A DNA stretch of 64,000 bases, from the NCBI GenBank assembly GCA_964467475.1, contig CAYXQO010000005.1, positions 8,894 to 72,893 on the forward strand. Reading direction: 5' to 3'. A model generated the notes under the pieces. That model did not search any database and was not told the origin of the DNA. It saw only the letters and a list, made by a program, of their open reading frames with translations. Both the position numbers and the translations under genes were made by a program. Shown piece by piece: positions 54,005 through 63,643 of the stretch (position 1 is its first letter; each line of letters starts with the position of its first letter). This DNA comes from an uncultured Syntrophomonadaceae bacterium (GTDB taxonomy: Bacteria > Bacillota > Dethiobacteria > DTU022).

Positions 54005-54087
54005 CCGGTAAACGGTACTTTTAAGCTAATTAACCCCTGGTTGAAGCTTTTTAAAACCGGGAAAAAAACCTGATTAAACCCCTTGGT

Positions 54088-55272
54088 TTAACCGGTCCTG
54101 TGAAATGAAGACTGCAAGATTTTTTCCACTTCCGCTGTGTCCACCGGCCGCAGGTTGTTGCCGGCCCGCTCCGGCGTAAACATGCCCTCGATTAAGCCCG
54201 ATACGTTATCTTTGGTAACCCCGTATTTAGAAAGCATTTTATTAATTCCCACCTGCTCAAAAAGGGCAGTTATTTTTTTATGCAGCTCCTCCACCGAGCG
54301 GCAGCCACAGGCCCCGGCCACTTTTTGAAAGCGCCCGTCGTCATCTTTTGCATTGTACTCAAGCAAGGCTGGCAGGGTGAAGGCGCAGGCCAGCCCGTGC
54401 GGGCAGCCTAAGGCGGCGGTAACAGGATAGGAAATCGAGTGAGCCAGGGCGGTGCGGGTAGTGCTGATGCAGATGCCGCCCATTAAGCTCGCTGTAAGCA
54501 TTTCTGAGCGGTATTCTAAGTTGCCCAGGTCTTCGATCAAAAAAGGCAGGATCGATAAGACTATATTTATCGCCTCCCCCGCCAGGGCCACGTTTAAGGG
54601 CCCGGCATTAACATTCCAAACCGACTCCAGGGCGTGGGAAAGCACATCCAGCCCGGTGATTACCGTGGTTTCTTCCGGCAGCGAAAGGGTTAAGCCTGCG
54701 TCCAGCAGGGCGGCCCGGGGAAATAAATCTTTTTTGGCAAGAGAATATTTTTTCTGCGCCTGCAGGTCCCAGATCGTGGCAAAATTAGTCGCCTCGCTGC
54801 CGGTGCCGGCCGTGGTAGGCACCGCCACCAGCGGAAGTAGCGGTAAATCCGGCAGTTTTTGGGCACCCCTGAAATGCTCTTTTAACGAAAAAGCATCTGC
54901 CCCTGAGTTAAGCAGCAGGCTCAGCGCTTTAGCCGTATCGATCGCACTGCCCCCGCCGGCGCCTATTAAAAAGTTAAAGCCCTCACTTTTATAGCGTTTT
55001 TGCCAGGCCTCAAGATCTGCAAGATCGGGGTTTGGTTTTACCTCACCCATCACCTCTACCGGCAGGCCATTTTCTACCAGCGAATTTTTAAGCCTTGCAG
55101 CCTGGCCCCTTTCGACGAAACCGGGTGAGGTGACCAGCAGGCCCTTAGGCTCTTTTTCGCTTTCTACTTTCCTTAGCTCTTCTTTAACCACAGCAGGCAA
55201 TGTTTCAATTTTCCCCGGCCCGGAGATTACTCTAACCGGGTTATAAAAAGACCACTCGTTGCTGTAAAGCAA
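54088..55272 (-). CDS. Iron-containing (group III) alcohol dehydrogenase; predicted phosphonoacetaldehyde reductase (2-hydroxyethylphosphonate-forming)
   Basis: 394 aa Fe-ADH fold (GAGGGSAIDTAKA, His-rich metal site). Last gene of the ppm-ppd operon. Confidence 0.8.
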   Translation of the reverse strand: MLYSNEWSFYNPVRVISGPGKIETLPAVVKEELRKVESEKEPKGLLVTSPGFVERGQAARLKNSLVENGLPVEVMGEVKPNPDLADLEAWQKRYKSEGFNFLIGAGGGSAIDTAKALSLLLNSGADAFSLKEHFRGAQKLPDLPLLPLVAVPTTAGTGSEATNFATIWDLQAQKKYSLAKKDLFPRAALLDAGLTLSLPEETTVITGLDVLSHALESVWNVNAGPLNVALAGEAINIVLSILPFLIEDLGNLEYRSEMLTASLMGGICISTTRTALAHSISYPVTAALGCPHGLACAFTLPALLEYNAKDDDGRFQKVAGACGCRSVEELHKKITALFEQVGINKMLSKYGVTKDNVSGLIEGMFTPERAGNNLRPVDTAEVEKILQSSFHRTG

Positions 55273-55390
55273 AGTTTTAAACCGCTCCTTTGTGCTTATG
55301 CTTGTGTTCTATGCTAAGGTTTACCCGCCTTATCTTTAAAACAAACCGGGCAAACTCTGAGTGTAACCATGCAAACCCGGTACTTCTTTT

Positions 55391-56131
55391 TTATGTTTCA
55401 GAGTGGAGGTAGCGCTTCACCTTTGCCAGGTCTTCTTCATCGTCGATCTCGGTGCAGAATTCATTTCGCAGCGGCACCGGGTGGAGGACAAGCTCGTTTA
55501 ATATATTGTTCAGGGCGTCTTCAGCGTAAACCTTCAGGCGCCCTTCTTTTTCGAAGTTTTTCATTTGATCGACCCAGGCGGCGAAGCTTTTTCTTGTCAG
55601 CTTGTAAAAGGGGATTAAAAAGACGCAGGCCTCACCGAAAACCTCCACCCCGATTTTTTTGACCCTGCCGCCTTTGATTTCTGCCTTGAAATCTTTTTCC
55701 GGAAGGCTTACCTGCGGGTTGGTTAAAACGGCATCGCTGAAAGGGGTTTTTAGCAGTTTTTCTGAGACCGCCCGGTCATAAACCAAATCGCCGTGTAAAA
55801 GGATCAGCTGATCACCTGCCCCCAAAGCGCCTAAAATGTTATCAGCTGCCAGCAACAAAGAATAGATGTAGTTGGTTTCCTCGTAGCGGGGGTTGTGGAC
55901 AAAGCTGAAATTAACTTTTTCGAAATGCCTTTTCAGGTAGGCTTCAAGCATCTCAGAGAAAGGCCCGGTGGTGATGAGGATCTTGTCGATCCCTGCTTCC
56001 TGCAGGCTTTTTACCTGCCGGCTTATAATGGTTTCAGTACCGGTGATTTCAACTAAGCATTTCGGCTGCGTTTTAGTCAGCTCGCCCATGCGGGAACCGG
56101 TGCCTGAATTTAAGATTACCGCCATCTTCAT
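55391..56131 (-). CDS. LicC/MobA-like NTP-transferase (predicted phosphonate or phosphocholine cytidylyltransferase)
   Basis: MKMAVILNSGTGSRMG...KCLVEI nucleotidyltransferase N-terminus. 246 aa. Confidence 0.78.
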   Translation of the reverse strand: MKMAVILNSGTGSRMGELTKTQPKCLVEITGTETIISRQVKSLQEAGIDKILITTGPFSEMLEAYLKRHFEKVNFSFVHNPRYEETNYIYSLLLAADNILGALGAGDQLILLHGDLVYDRAVSEKLLKTPFSDAVLTNPQVSLPEKDFKAEIKGGRVKKIGVEVFGEACVFLIPFYKLTRKSFAAWVDQMKNFEKEGRLKVYAEDALNNILNELVLHPVPLRNEFCTEIDDEEDLAKVKRYLHSET

Positions 56132-57379
56132 TTAAGCTGATCCTTTCTGTAAAAACTGCATAAATTGCCGTTTGTTTTCCTGCGGGGTGCTCTTGGGACG
56201 TCCCAGCTCTTTTCTTGCCCCCGGGCGCACCCGGATCTCTAAAAAGACCGGCCCCTGGTTTGCTTTGACCTTCTCTAAGGCCGCGTCCAGCTGTTCTTTT
56301 GTTTCTGCCCGGAAGCTTTTGTTGTAGCCGCAGGCTTTAGCAATTTTCACTAAATCGATATTGCCTGCCACCGTGGGCTGCCCGCCTACCGACTCATGGG
56401 CTCCGTTGTTAAAGACAAGGTGTTTGTAGTTGGCTGCCCCGCTGGTGCCGCTGGTAGCAAGCGCTCCCATGTGCATAAGCACCGCCCCGTCGCCGTCAAA
56501 GCAGTAGATCTCCCGCCCGGGCAGGTTTAAGGCGACGCTTAAGGCGATTTGCGAGGCATGCCCCATGGAACCGACATTTAAAAAATCCTTCTCGTGGCTT
56601 TCTTCGCTTCTTTCCCGGTACTCGTAAATCTCCCGGGAAAGTTTACCGGTGGTAGAAATAACCGCCGCCCCCGGTTGCAGGCTTTCAAGCGCTATAATTG
56701 CCGCTTCTTCCCTGGTCAGGGGGCACTGTTCAAAAGAGCCTCTAAAACCTGCCTGCCCGGCCGGTTCCCCCGGGTCTTCACCTGCAACAGCGCCTCCTTT
56801 GAAGCCGGCTAAACTTGTTCTTGATGCATTTTCATTTTCTGCCTCGTAGGGGCCAAAAATATCCTTGCCTGCTACCAGGGCGTAGGGTTCGTTTAATGCC
56901 CGGATGTGCTCGGTCGCCTTGACCAGCTCCTCGTAAGCGTCTTCTTCCGTGCCCGGCAAAATAGAGTATTGCAGCCCCAGCGCTTGCAAAAGCGGTAAGG
57001 TTACCAGGCCCTGCTTTAAATGCTGCGGCTCATCCTCCAGGCCAGGCTCGCCCCGCCAGCCGATCAGTAAAAGCAGCGGCATGTTGTAAACCATGGGGTC
57101 GGTTAAGGATACCAGCGGGTTAATTGCGTTGCCCAGGCCGGAATTTTGCATGTAGACCAGCCCCGGCCTGCCGGTGGCCAGGTAATGTCCCGCCGCCAGT
57201 GCCACCGCTCCACCTTCGTTGGCCGCGGTGATATGACGCCCGGCGCCGCTTTGATCGGCAATGCAGGCGGTTATATTTTTGAGGAGAGAATCGGGCACCC
57301 CGGTGAAAAAATCAATCCCCTGCTTCAACATTGAATCATAAAAAAACTGGCAATCAACCATCAAAAAAACCCTCCCCAA
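56132..57379 (-). CDS. ppd: Phosphonopyruvate decarboxylase (TPP-dependent, fused alpha/beta)
   Basis: N-terminus ...GIDFFTGVPDSLLK... and a TPP-binding GDG...N motif characteristic of phosphono/sulfopyruvate decarboxylases. Confidence 0.88.
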   Translation of the reverse strand: MGRVFLMVDCQFFYDSMLKQGIDFFTGVPDSLLKNITACIADQSGAGRHITAANEGGAVALAAGHYLATGRPGLVYMQNSGLGNAINPLVSLTDPMVYNMPLLLLIGWRGEPGLEDEPQHLKQGLVTLPLLQALGLQYSILPGTEEDAYEELVKATEHIRALNEPYALVAGKDIFGPYEAENENASRTSLAGFKGGAVAGEDPGEPAGQAGFRGSFEQCPLTREEAAIIALESLQPGAAVISTTGKLSREIYEYRERSEESHEKDFLNVGSMGHASQIALSVALNLPGREIYCFDGDGAVLMHMGALATSGTSGAANYKHLVFNNGAHESVGGQPTVAGNIDLVKIAKACGYNKSFRAETKEQLDAALEKVKANQGPVFLEIRVRPGARKELGRPKSTPQENKRQFMQFLQKGSA

Positions 57380-57406
57380 AAGAAATATCGAGCCCCCCTC
57401 CAGAGC

Positions 57407-58708
57407 TTACTTGCCGCCGGGGATCAGGTTGAGGATATCCTTGATCGGCATGCAGCACTCTTCGCTTTCATAAGCCCGCTCGTTTTCTAAAATCTGTTCC
57501 GCCGTTTTGATCATGGCCGGGTAGGCGCTGCGCAGCAAGTGGTTGGCATAGATCACGATATCCACGCCTGCTTCCATCAGCTCGCTTTCTGTGACCTGGC
57601 AGTAGGTAGTGGGCACCGCCACCAGGGTCGCCTGCTTGTTGAATTTGCGGAAAGCGGTGCAAAAATCGAATATTTCCTGCGGGTCCTTTTCCTTGCTGTG
57701 GATCATGATCCCGTCTGCGCCTGCTTCCAGGTAAGCTTTAGCCCGCTCGAGCGCATCATCAAGCCCCGCCTTTAGAATCAGGCTTTCGATCCGGGCGATG
57801 ATCATAAAATCTTCTGTCACCTGGGCTTTTTTGCCGCGGGAGATCTTGGCGGAGAAGTGCTCGATGCTGTCCTGCTCCTGGGCTACCTCGGTGCCGAAAA
57901 GGGAGTTTTTCTTCAAGCCCACCTTGTCCTCGATGATTACCGCCGAAACCCCGAACCTTTCTAAGCTCTTGACCAGGTAGGCGAAATGTTCCATGTGCCC
58001 GCCCGTATCACCGTCCATGATGATCGGCTTGGTGGTCACTTCCAAAATATCGTTGATCGTGTTCAGGCGCGAGCTGTTGTCCACCAGCTCGATGTCGGGC
58101 TTGCCCTTCACCGTGGAGTCGCACAAACTGCTCACCCACATCCCGTCGAACTGCTTGACCACATCACCCTGGCTGATACGCAGTTTTTCCACGATCAACC
58201 CGGTCAGGCCGTTGTGGGCTTCCATGAAGCGCAAAAGCGGCTTAACTTCCAGCAGACGCCGCAGGCGGTTGATCCTGATCTGCGGGGTGGTGCCGATTTC
58301 CTGCAGGGTTTGATCGAGCATACTCACAGAGACACCCTTGGTGTACTCCACTTCCACCAGCTCGCCGCCCCACTCCTTCAGGGTCTCGATCACTTTCTCG
58401 CGGATTTCTTTTTGAATCCCCGTTTTCCAGTCGTCCCCGTGCACCACGTAATCGGGCTTTAATTTTACCAGGTTGGGCACGTAATCTAACGTATCCTGCG
58501 GGATCACCCTGCTGACCCCTTTTAAGTTCTCCACGATTTGCTTGCGGTGTTCGAACTCGATCACCGGGTAGCGCTTGTAGGTGGCGATCACTTCATCGGT
58601 TAAAATGCCCACCGTCACTTCGCCAAGTTTCCTTGCCTCGTTGATCACGTTTATATGCCCGTGGTGGATAATATCGGCGCTCATGGCCAGGTATACTTGT
58701 TTCATCAC
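57407..58708 (-). CDS. ppm: Bifunctional cytidylyltransferase-like (HxGH) domain fused to phosphoenolpyruvate phosphomutase
   Basis: N-terminal SADIIHHGH class-I nucleotidyltransferase motif. C-terminal PEP mutase core MEAHNGL...DGDTGG...IEDKVGLKKNS...AGADGIMIHS. Confidence 0.88.
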   Translation of the reverse strand: MMKQVYLAMSADIIHHGHINVINEARKLGEVTVGILTDEVIATYKRYPVIEFEHRKQIVENLKGVSRVIPQDTLDYVPNLVKLKPDYVVHGDDWKTGIQKEIREKVIETLKEWGGELVEVEYTKGVSVSMLDQTLQEIGTTPQIRINRLRRLLEVKPLLRFMEAHNGLTGLIVEKLRISQGDVVKQFDGMWVSSLCDSTVKGKPDIELVDNSSRLNTINDILEVTTKPIIMDGDTGGHMEHFAYLVKSLERFGVSAVIIEDKVGLKKNSLFGTEVAQEQDSIEHFSAKISRGKKAQVTEDFMIIARIESLILKAGLDDALERAKAYLEAGADGIMIHSKEKDPQEIFDFCTAFRKFNKQATLVAVPTTYCQVTESELMEAGVDIVIYANHLLRSAYPAMIKTAEQILENERAYESEECCMPIKDILNLIPGGK

Positions 58709-58806
58709 CTAAAAATTACTCCCTTTCCTTTATGAGAATGTAACCTGCTTATTCTTGATATATTCTCGAAAGAAAGTAAAAAACCCTTGTTTTAAAAGCA
58801 AAGGTT

Positions 58807-59481
58807 TTAAAGCCTGGCGATTAGCTCATCGGGGCTGACATGCCTGATTGCCCCGTCGTCGAAGATGAAAAACCAGTCTTTCCGGGGCACTTCCCAGTCG
58901 CCGTAGCGGAAGCTCAAATAACGCCGGTAGTCTTTCGGGGCGGGGATCTGGTGATTAAAGTAAATGGTTTCCTCGAAATAGTGCCTGGGCACCCAGACCA
59001 CGTAGACCTTGTAACTTAAAGACCAGGGCCAGTGGTTGACGATGACCTTGTTCTTGCGGACAAAAATTTCTTGGATTACCCGCCGGGGCAGGCCGTAGAG
59101 GTAGTAAGAAAGGTGTTTGCGGGAAAAGGGGTAGGGCATGCAGTAGATCTGCGGGCACCAGGCATGCTTGTTTTCACTACGGAAAAGGCTGATATCGATA
59201 TCGAGCGAAGAATCTTTAAAAGTAGGGCTCAGCTTGTACTTAAAGTTCAGCCCCCGGTAATTTTTTACCGCCACCCGGTAACCCCGTTCTTTGATCAAAG
59301 GCAGCACTTCATTCAACAAGGGCTCGCTACCGGCCCACATGCTTAAATCGATATCGTGATCGTCTTTCATGATCTGACCCTCTCTGGCCAGGCCCAGCAG
59401 GGTCCCGCTGTCGGCCCAGAAGCGGATTCCCTTCTCTGAAAGAAGCCCGCTGATCCACTGCAGTTCGCGGTTAAGGTGCAT
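58807..59481 (-). CDS. LicD-family phospho(no)transferase paralog 1
   Basis: ADSGTLLGLAREGQIMKDDHDIDL, the LicD nucleotidyltransferase-fold DxD motif. Confidence 0.8.
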   Translation of the reverse strand: MHLNRELQWISGLLSEKGIRFWADSGTLLGLAREGQIMKDDHDIDLSMWAGSEPLLNEVLPLIKERGYRVAVKNYRGLNFKYKLSPTFKDSSLDIDISLFRSENKHAWCPQIYCMPYPFSRKHLSYYLYGLPRRVIQEIFVRKNKVIVNHWPWSLSYKVYVVWVPRHYFEETIYFNHQIPAPKDYRRYLSFRYGDWEVPRKDWFFIFDDGAIRHVSPDELIARL

Positions 59482-59498
59482 CTAAGATACCTCTTTGC

Positions 59499-60260
59499 TC
59501 AGGTTCTGTTTTGTATCGCGCCGTCATCGCGCGTAAAGTCCCAGTCTAGCTTTTGTTCGTGCCAGTCGTCTCCGTACTTTAAGCGCAAGTATTCCTCTGG
59601 CTTAGCCGGCACCGGCAGCACCAGCCCCTCTGCCCTGATTTCTTCCAGCTCCAGGAAATATTCTTCCGGCACGGCCATTTGCACGTAGCCCTTCTTAAGA
59701 TAAAGAAACCGGCCACATAAGTTTCCCGCAAGCTGCCAAAGGGCCCCGGGCACCATCTGTGCCGTTTTTAAAAAGAGCTTCCCGGCAGCCCCGCTTTTAT
59801 TTTTCCGGCCCATTTTTTCTTTTAGCGTGCCCGCCCGGGCATGGGCGCAAAATAGCGCTACCTTTAAAAGCAAAGCTTTTAGTTTTCCGCCGCTTGCACA
59901 GGGCACCTTCTTCCGGGCTAAACCTTCTTCCCGCCGGTAAAAGGCGATATTTACCATCCGGTGCTTCCGGTCAAGGGCTGAAATGCTCAGCTGGTGGGGC
60001 TTGAATGTTTCCACAAAAGCCCCCGCCGGTTTAAGCTCACGCTTAATCTTATTTTTCATCCGGCGATAGTCTTCTTCCCACATGCCCAGATCAATGTCGT
60101 GATCGCACTTGAGCAAGCGGCCTTCTCTTACCAGCCCCAGCAGGGTGCCCTGGTCGAGCCAGTACTGAAGGCCCAGGTCTTCAAACACCCTGATCGTTTC
60201 GATAAACAAAGGGTTACCGGCTAACCCGTATCTTTCTTGCCTCACTTGATTATTTCCCAT
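59499..60260 (-). CDS. LicD-family phospho(no)transferase paralog 2
   Basis: LDQGTLLGLVREGRLLKCDHDIDLGMW. Confidence 0.8.
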   Translation of the reverse strand: MGNNQVRQERYGLAGNPLFIETIRVFEDLGLQYWLDQGTLLGLVREGRLLKCDHDIDLGMWEEDYRRMKNKIKRELKPAGAFVETFKPHQLSISALDRKHRMVNIAFYRREEGLARKKVPCASGGKLKALLLKVALFCAHARAGTLKEKMGRKNKSGAAGKLFLKTAQMVPGALWQLAGNLCGRFLYLKKGYVQMAVPEEYFLELEEIRAEGLVLPVPAKPEEYLRLKYGDDWHEQKLDWDFTRDDGAIQNRT

Positions 60261-61098
60261 ATTTTCGTTGCAGCCCTTTAACCTGTGCGCGCACTTCCCG
60301 GAGCGAGGCCCTGTGATTTTTTCCGGTGTAAGCGCTGAGATCGACCATTTTTTCTGGAGGCTTTCTGTTTAAGGCCCCGTCTTTGCGCCAGAAATTCCAT
60401 TTACGTTTGGGAAACTGCCAGGTGCGGTAACGAAAGGCGAGGTACTCTTCCCATTTCTCGGGCACGTAAGTCTCAAAGCGGGAACAATAGATCAGGTGGT
60501 CGAAATAATCGCTGTGCACCCACCAGGTTCCCAGGCTGCGGCGCAGGCGCCAGGGGAAATCTGCTACGTCGGTAGCCACTAAATGGTCCCGCAGGCGTTT
60601 GCGCGCGATCACGAAGTAGCGGTAAAAACGCCTGGTTACCCGCCTTGGAAAGGGCGGCCCGATGCCTTCACCTGCCGGGCACCAGGCCCACTCGCCGCTT
60701 CTCCGGTAGAGCATTAAATGCACCGGCAGTTCGCCTTCTTTAGTGAAGCGGTACTGGTAGATCAGGCCCCGGTAAAGCCAGATGGTCACAAGATAGCCGG
60801 CCTGCCAAAACACTGGTAAAAGTTCTCGCAACCGGCCTTCATGTTCTGCCCACATCTGCAAATCGATGTCTTTTTCATGATCTAATAGCTTGCCCTCGCG
60901 CATTAGCCCCAAAAGCACTCCGCTGTCCATGCAGTAGGGCAGCCCTGTTTCGTTAAGGATTCGCACAAAGGGAAGGTGGTCTTTTCTTACCTCAAAGCTT
61001 GCTTCGATCGCTTCTTCGCCTGCTTCTTCCGCTACCCCTTCATCTTCCGCCACCGGTTCTTCTTCCTCTACTGCTTGCTTGCGGGCCTCAAAATCCAT
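60250..61098 (-). CDS. LicD-family phospho(no)transferase paralog 3 (acidic N-terminal extension)
   Basis: MDSGVLLGLMREGKLLDHEKDIDLQMW. Overlaps paralog 2 by 11 nt. Confidence 0.8.
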   Translation of the reverse strand: MDFEARKQAVEEEEPVAEDEGVAEEAGEEAIEASFEVRKDHLPFVRILNETGLPYCMDSGVLLGLMREGKLLDHEKDIDLQMWAEHEGRLRELLPVFWQAGYLVTIWLYRGLIYQYRFTKEGELPVHLMLYRRSGEWAWCPAGEGIGPPFPRRVTRRFYRYFVIARKRLRDHLVATDVADFPWRLRRSLGTWWVHSDYFDHLIYCSRFETYVPEKWEEYLAFRYRTWQFPKRKWNFWRKDGALNRKPPEKMVDLSAYTGKNHRASLREVRAQVKGLQRKYGK

Positions 61099-61307
61099 CT
61101 AGTTTTTCTTTAACCCCCTGCTCTGGTTCTTTTCCTTCATTATAGCACTTTTTATGATGAAAGCATCAATAAAATATCAGGGTTTGCTAAAGGGCGAGGG
61201 CCGCTTTTTAAAGCAGGTTCACCCTGCCTGTTTTAAAAGGCCCTCCCCAAAGGGAGGGCCGGCCTACCTTAAAAATTATGGCCACTTTAAAACTTCGCCC
61301 CGCACCT

Positions 61308-63509
61308 TTAAAGCTCTCCCACGATCTGTTCCAGATCTTCTTCCCAGTCGGTGCGCACTTCCAAAGCCTCTTCTGCCAGCTTGACGGCCAGCTCTTCGTC
61401 GTTTAAGAGCTGTGCGGCAATGCTTACCGCCATCCGGTGGGAATCAAACAGGCGGGGCTCGATGCCGGCGGCTTCCTTGCACAAAGAAAGAGCTTCTTCA
61501 AAGTAGCTCTCATCGCCCCGCAGGCTGCCCAGGTATATCTTCGCCTGGGCCAGGTTCCAGTGGGCCTGCACGTTGGTCGGGCTGATTTCGTGGGCTTTTT
61601 TAAAAGTATCCTTTGCAATTTCAGCCTTTTCTTCAGCCTGATCTCTTGTTTCCTCGTCGCCGGTTGCTTCCATCAGGCTGCGGGCATACGTATTATAGAT
61701 CTGCCCCAGCGTGTAGTAATGCCTGAAATTTAGGGGCGTTTCAATGGTGCTTTTTTCCACCTCTGCTGCCATGAACTCTAAATCTTCGCTGTATATTTTA
61801 AATTCCTCTGCCTCTTCTGCCTGGTTAAGCCGCGACATGGCGTCTTCTGCTAAATGTCGCCTGATGTGCCTGCGCCCGAGCGGTGAGGTATAGATCGCCT
61901 CTTCGTAAAGCTCCTCTTTCGGCACTCCCGGCTGGTCTCTCAGGGCCAGGCTGGTATTAAGGCTGCCCTGGTGGGGCTGGTAACAGAAATAGTTAAAACA
62001 AACCCCGAGCAAAATGGCAAGCCCCAGGGCGATGGCTATTGATGCAGGGCTGGCGGCGCTTTTCTTGCCCGCAGAAGCAGCTTTTTTAGCGCCCTTTCCT
62101 TTTTTTTCAGCTGTATCTTCTTCCTTTGCCGAACCCGGCTTGATCGTTTCACCGCTGATCGCTGCCCCGAAGGCAAGCACCACGAACATGAGCATATAGC
62201 TTGAGATCATGTCGAAGACGGTCAAATTCTGGATGAAATGGGCCACTACCAGGGCGGTAAAGACCCCCGGCGCCCAGAAGTCGATCCGTTTGTCGATTAA
62301 ATAGGCCTTCCAGAGGACCAAAAGGGCTGCTGCGAACATGCCGAAAAATAAAAACGTCCCTAAAAAACCGGTGGCTACCAGGTAGTCGATCACCACGTTG
62401 TGGGCCCGGTCGTGCCAGGGTTCTTCCCGGTAGCCGTAATCCCCGCCGAGCATCACCCGCGGGTCGTAGTTTTCATACAAGGCAATTTCGAAATTTTCCT
62501 GGCCCCAGCCGAGCACCGGGCGCTCCATTACGCCGTCCCAGACCGCTTCCCAGTTCCTCACCCGGCCGCGGATGCCCGGTAAGTCCATGATCTGCTCGCG
62601 CGCTACCGATCCTTCCTGGAAGGTGCTGATCCCAATATAAATGGCACCCACCAAAGAAAGGGCCAGTAACCCCCTGCCGGCATAGTTGACAATCCGGTTT
62701 TTATAGTAAAAGGAAAAATAAATCAAAGCGAATAGAAAGATGCCGATAACAAAAGAGGCTTTCATGGCGTTGCCCGATTCGTTGAAGAAAAGCCCCATCA
62801 CGATCAGGACAAAAGCTGCCCCTGCAACATAGCGCCAGGGTTTTTCACTTTTAAAGACCAGGTAGAGGGCGAAAAAGGCGTTGATCAGCATGTACGATCC
62901 CCAGAAGGAGCGGTTGCCTAAAGTGGAGCCGCCTCTTGCCAGGTCGGTAAGTTCAATCGCGGCGATCCCGAAAAGGTCGTAAAGTTGCAAAACAAAGTTA
63001 AGCCCAACAATGTCTGCTATACCCCACAGGCCTACCACGCAGGCAACACCCACCGCGATACTTAAAAAACTCTTCCAGGCGGTTTCGCTTTTTAGAAAGC
63101 TAAAAAGCACCACGAAAAAAGCGAACAGGTGCAGGTGGACTAACACCCCGGTCATCCGTTCGTGCTTGGACCAGAAGCTGTGGAAGGGGTCCGCTCCCAG
63201 GGCTGCGCTTAAAGCAAGCACCGCCATAAACAGCCCCACCACGATTAAAACCGGGCTGAGTTTCGGGCGGTACTCCTTGTTGTAGTAGGCCAGGTAGGCC
63301 CAGATGGCCGTGGTGAACTGCACGCAGCCCATGAACCAGATCGTGCGGTAGCTGATAAAGGGGAAGAAAGCACCCAGCCTGACCATTAATGGCACCAGCA
63401 GGGTGAAAAATAGTCCCGCCCAGATCAACCACCGCAGCGTTTTCGTTAGGGAGTCTTCCTCCGGTAAAACTGCACCTTTAGTCTGTTTCTGCTTTTTCTT
63501 TTTGCCCAC
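61308..63509 (-). CDS. O-antigen ligase/Wzy-like polytopic membrane protein with C-terminal TPR repeats
   Basis: 733 aa with at least 12 TM helices and a soluble TPR-like C-terminus. A paralog of 34555-37380. First gene of the phosphonate operon. Confidence 0.72.
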   Translation of the reverse strand: MGKKKKQKQTKGAVLPEEDSLTKTLRWLIWAGLFFTLLVPLMVRLGAFFPFISYRTIWFMGCVQFTTAIWAYLAYYNKEYRPKLSPVLIVVGLFMAVLALSAALGADPFHSFWSKHERMTGVLVHLHLFAFFVVLFSFLKSETAWKSFLSIAVGVACVVGLWGIADIVGLNFVLQLYDLFGIAAIELTDLARGGSTLGNRSFWGSYMLINAFFALYLVFKSEKPWRYVAGAAFVLIVMGLFFNESGNAMKASFVIGIFLFALIYFSFYYKNRIVNYAGRGLLALSLVGAIYIGISTFQEGSVAREQIMDLPGIRGRVRNWEAVWDGVMERPVLGWGQENFEIALYENYDPRVMLGGDYGYREEPWHDRAHNVVIDYLVATGFLGTFLFFGMFAAALLVLWKAYLIDKRIDFWAPGVFTALVVAHFIQNLTVFDMISSYMLMFVVLAFGAAISGETIKPGSAKEEDTAEKKGKGAKKAASAGKKSAASPASIAIALGLAILLGVCFNYFCYQPHQGSLNTSLALRDQPGVPKEELYEEAIYTSPLGRRHIRRHLAEDAMSRLNQAEEAEEFKIYSEDLEFMAAEVEKSTIETPLNFRHYYTLGQIYNTYARSLMEATGDEETRDQAEEKAEIAKDTFKKAHEISPTNVQAHWNLAQAKIYLGSLRGDESYFEEALSLCKEAAGIEPRLFDSHRMAVSIAAQLLNDEELAVKLAEEALEVRTDWEEDLEQIVGEL

Positions 63510-63643
63510 TTAAAGCTGCGCCCCCCTTTAAAAACTTGCATTTGCCAAGGATTATACCATAAAGCGCACCTCAGGAAAAATAAAAAAAACCGGCGTTTAT
63601 AATCTTTCCTGCCGCCGGTTTCAAAAATTTTTAAACCTTCTTT

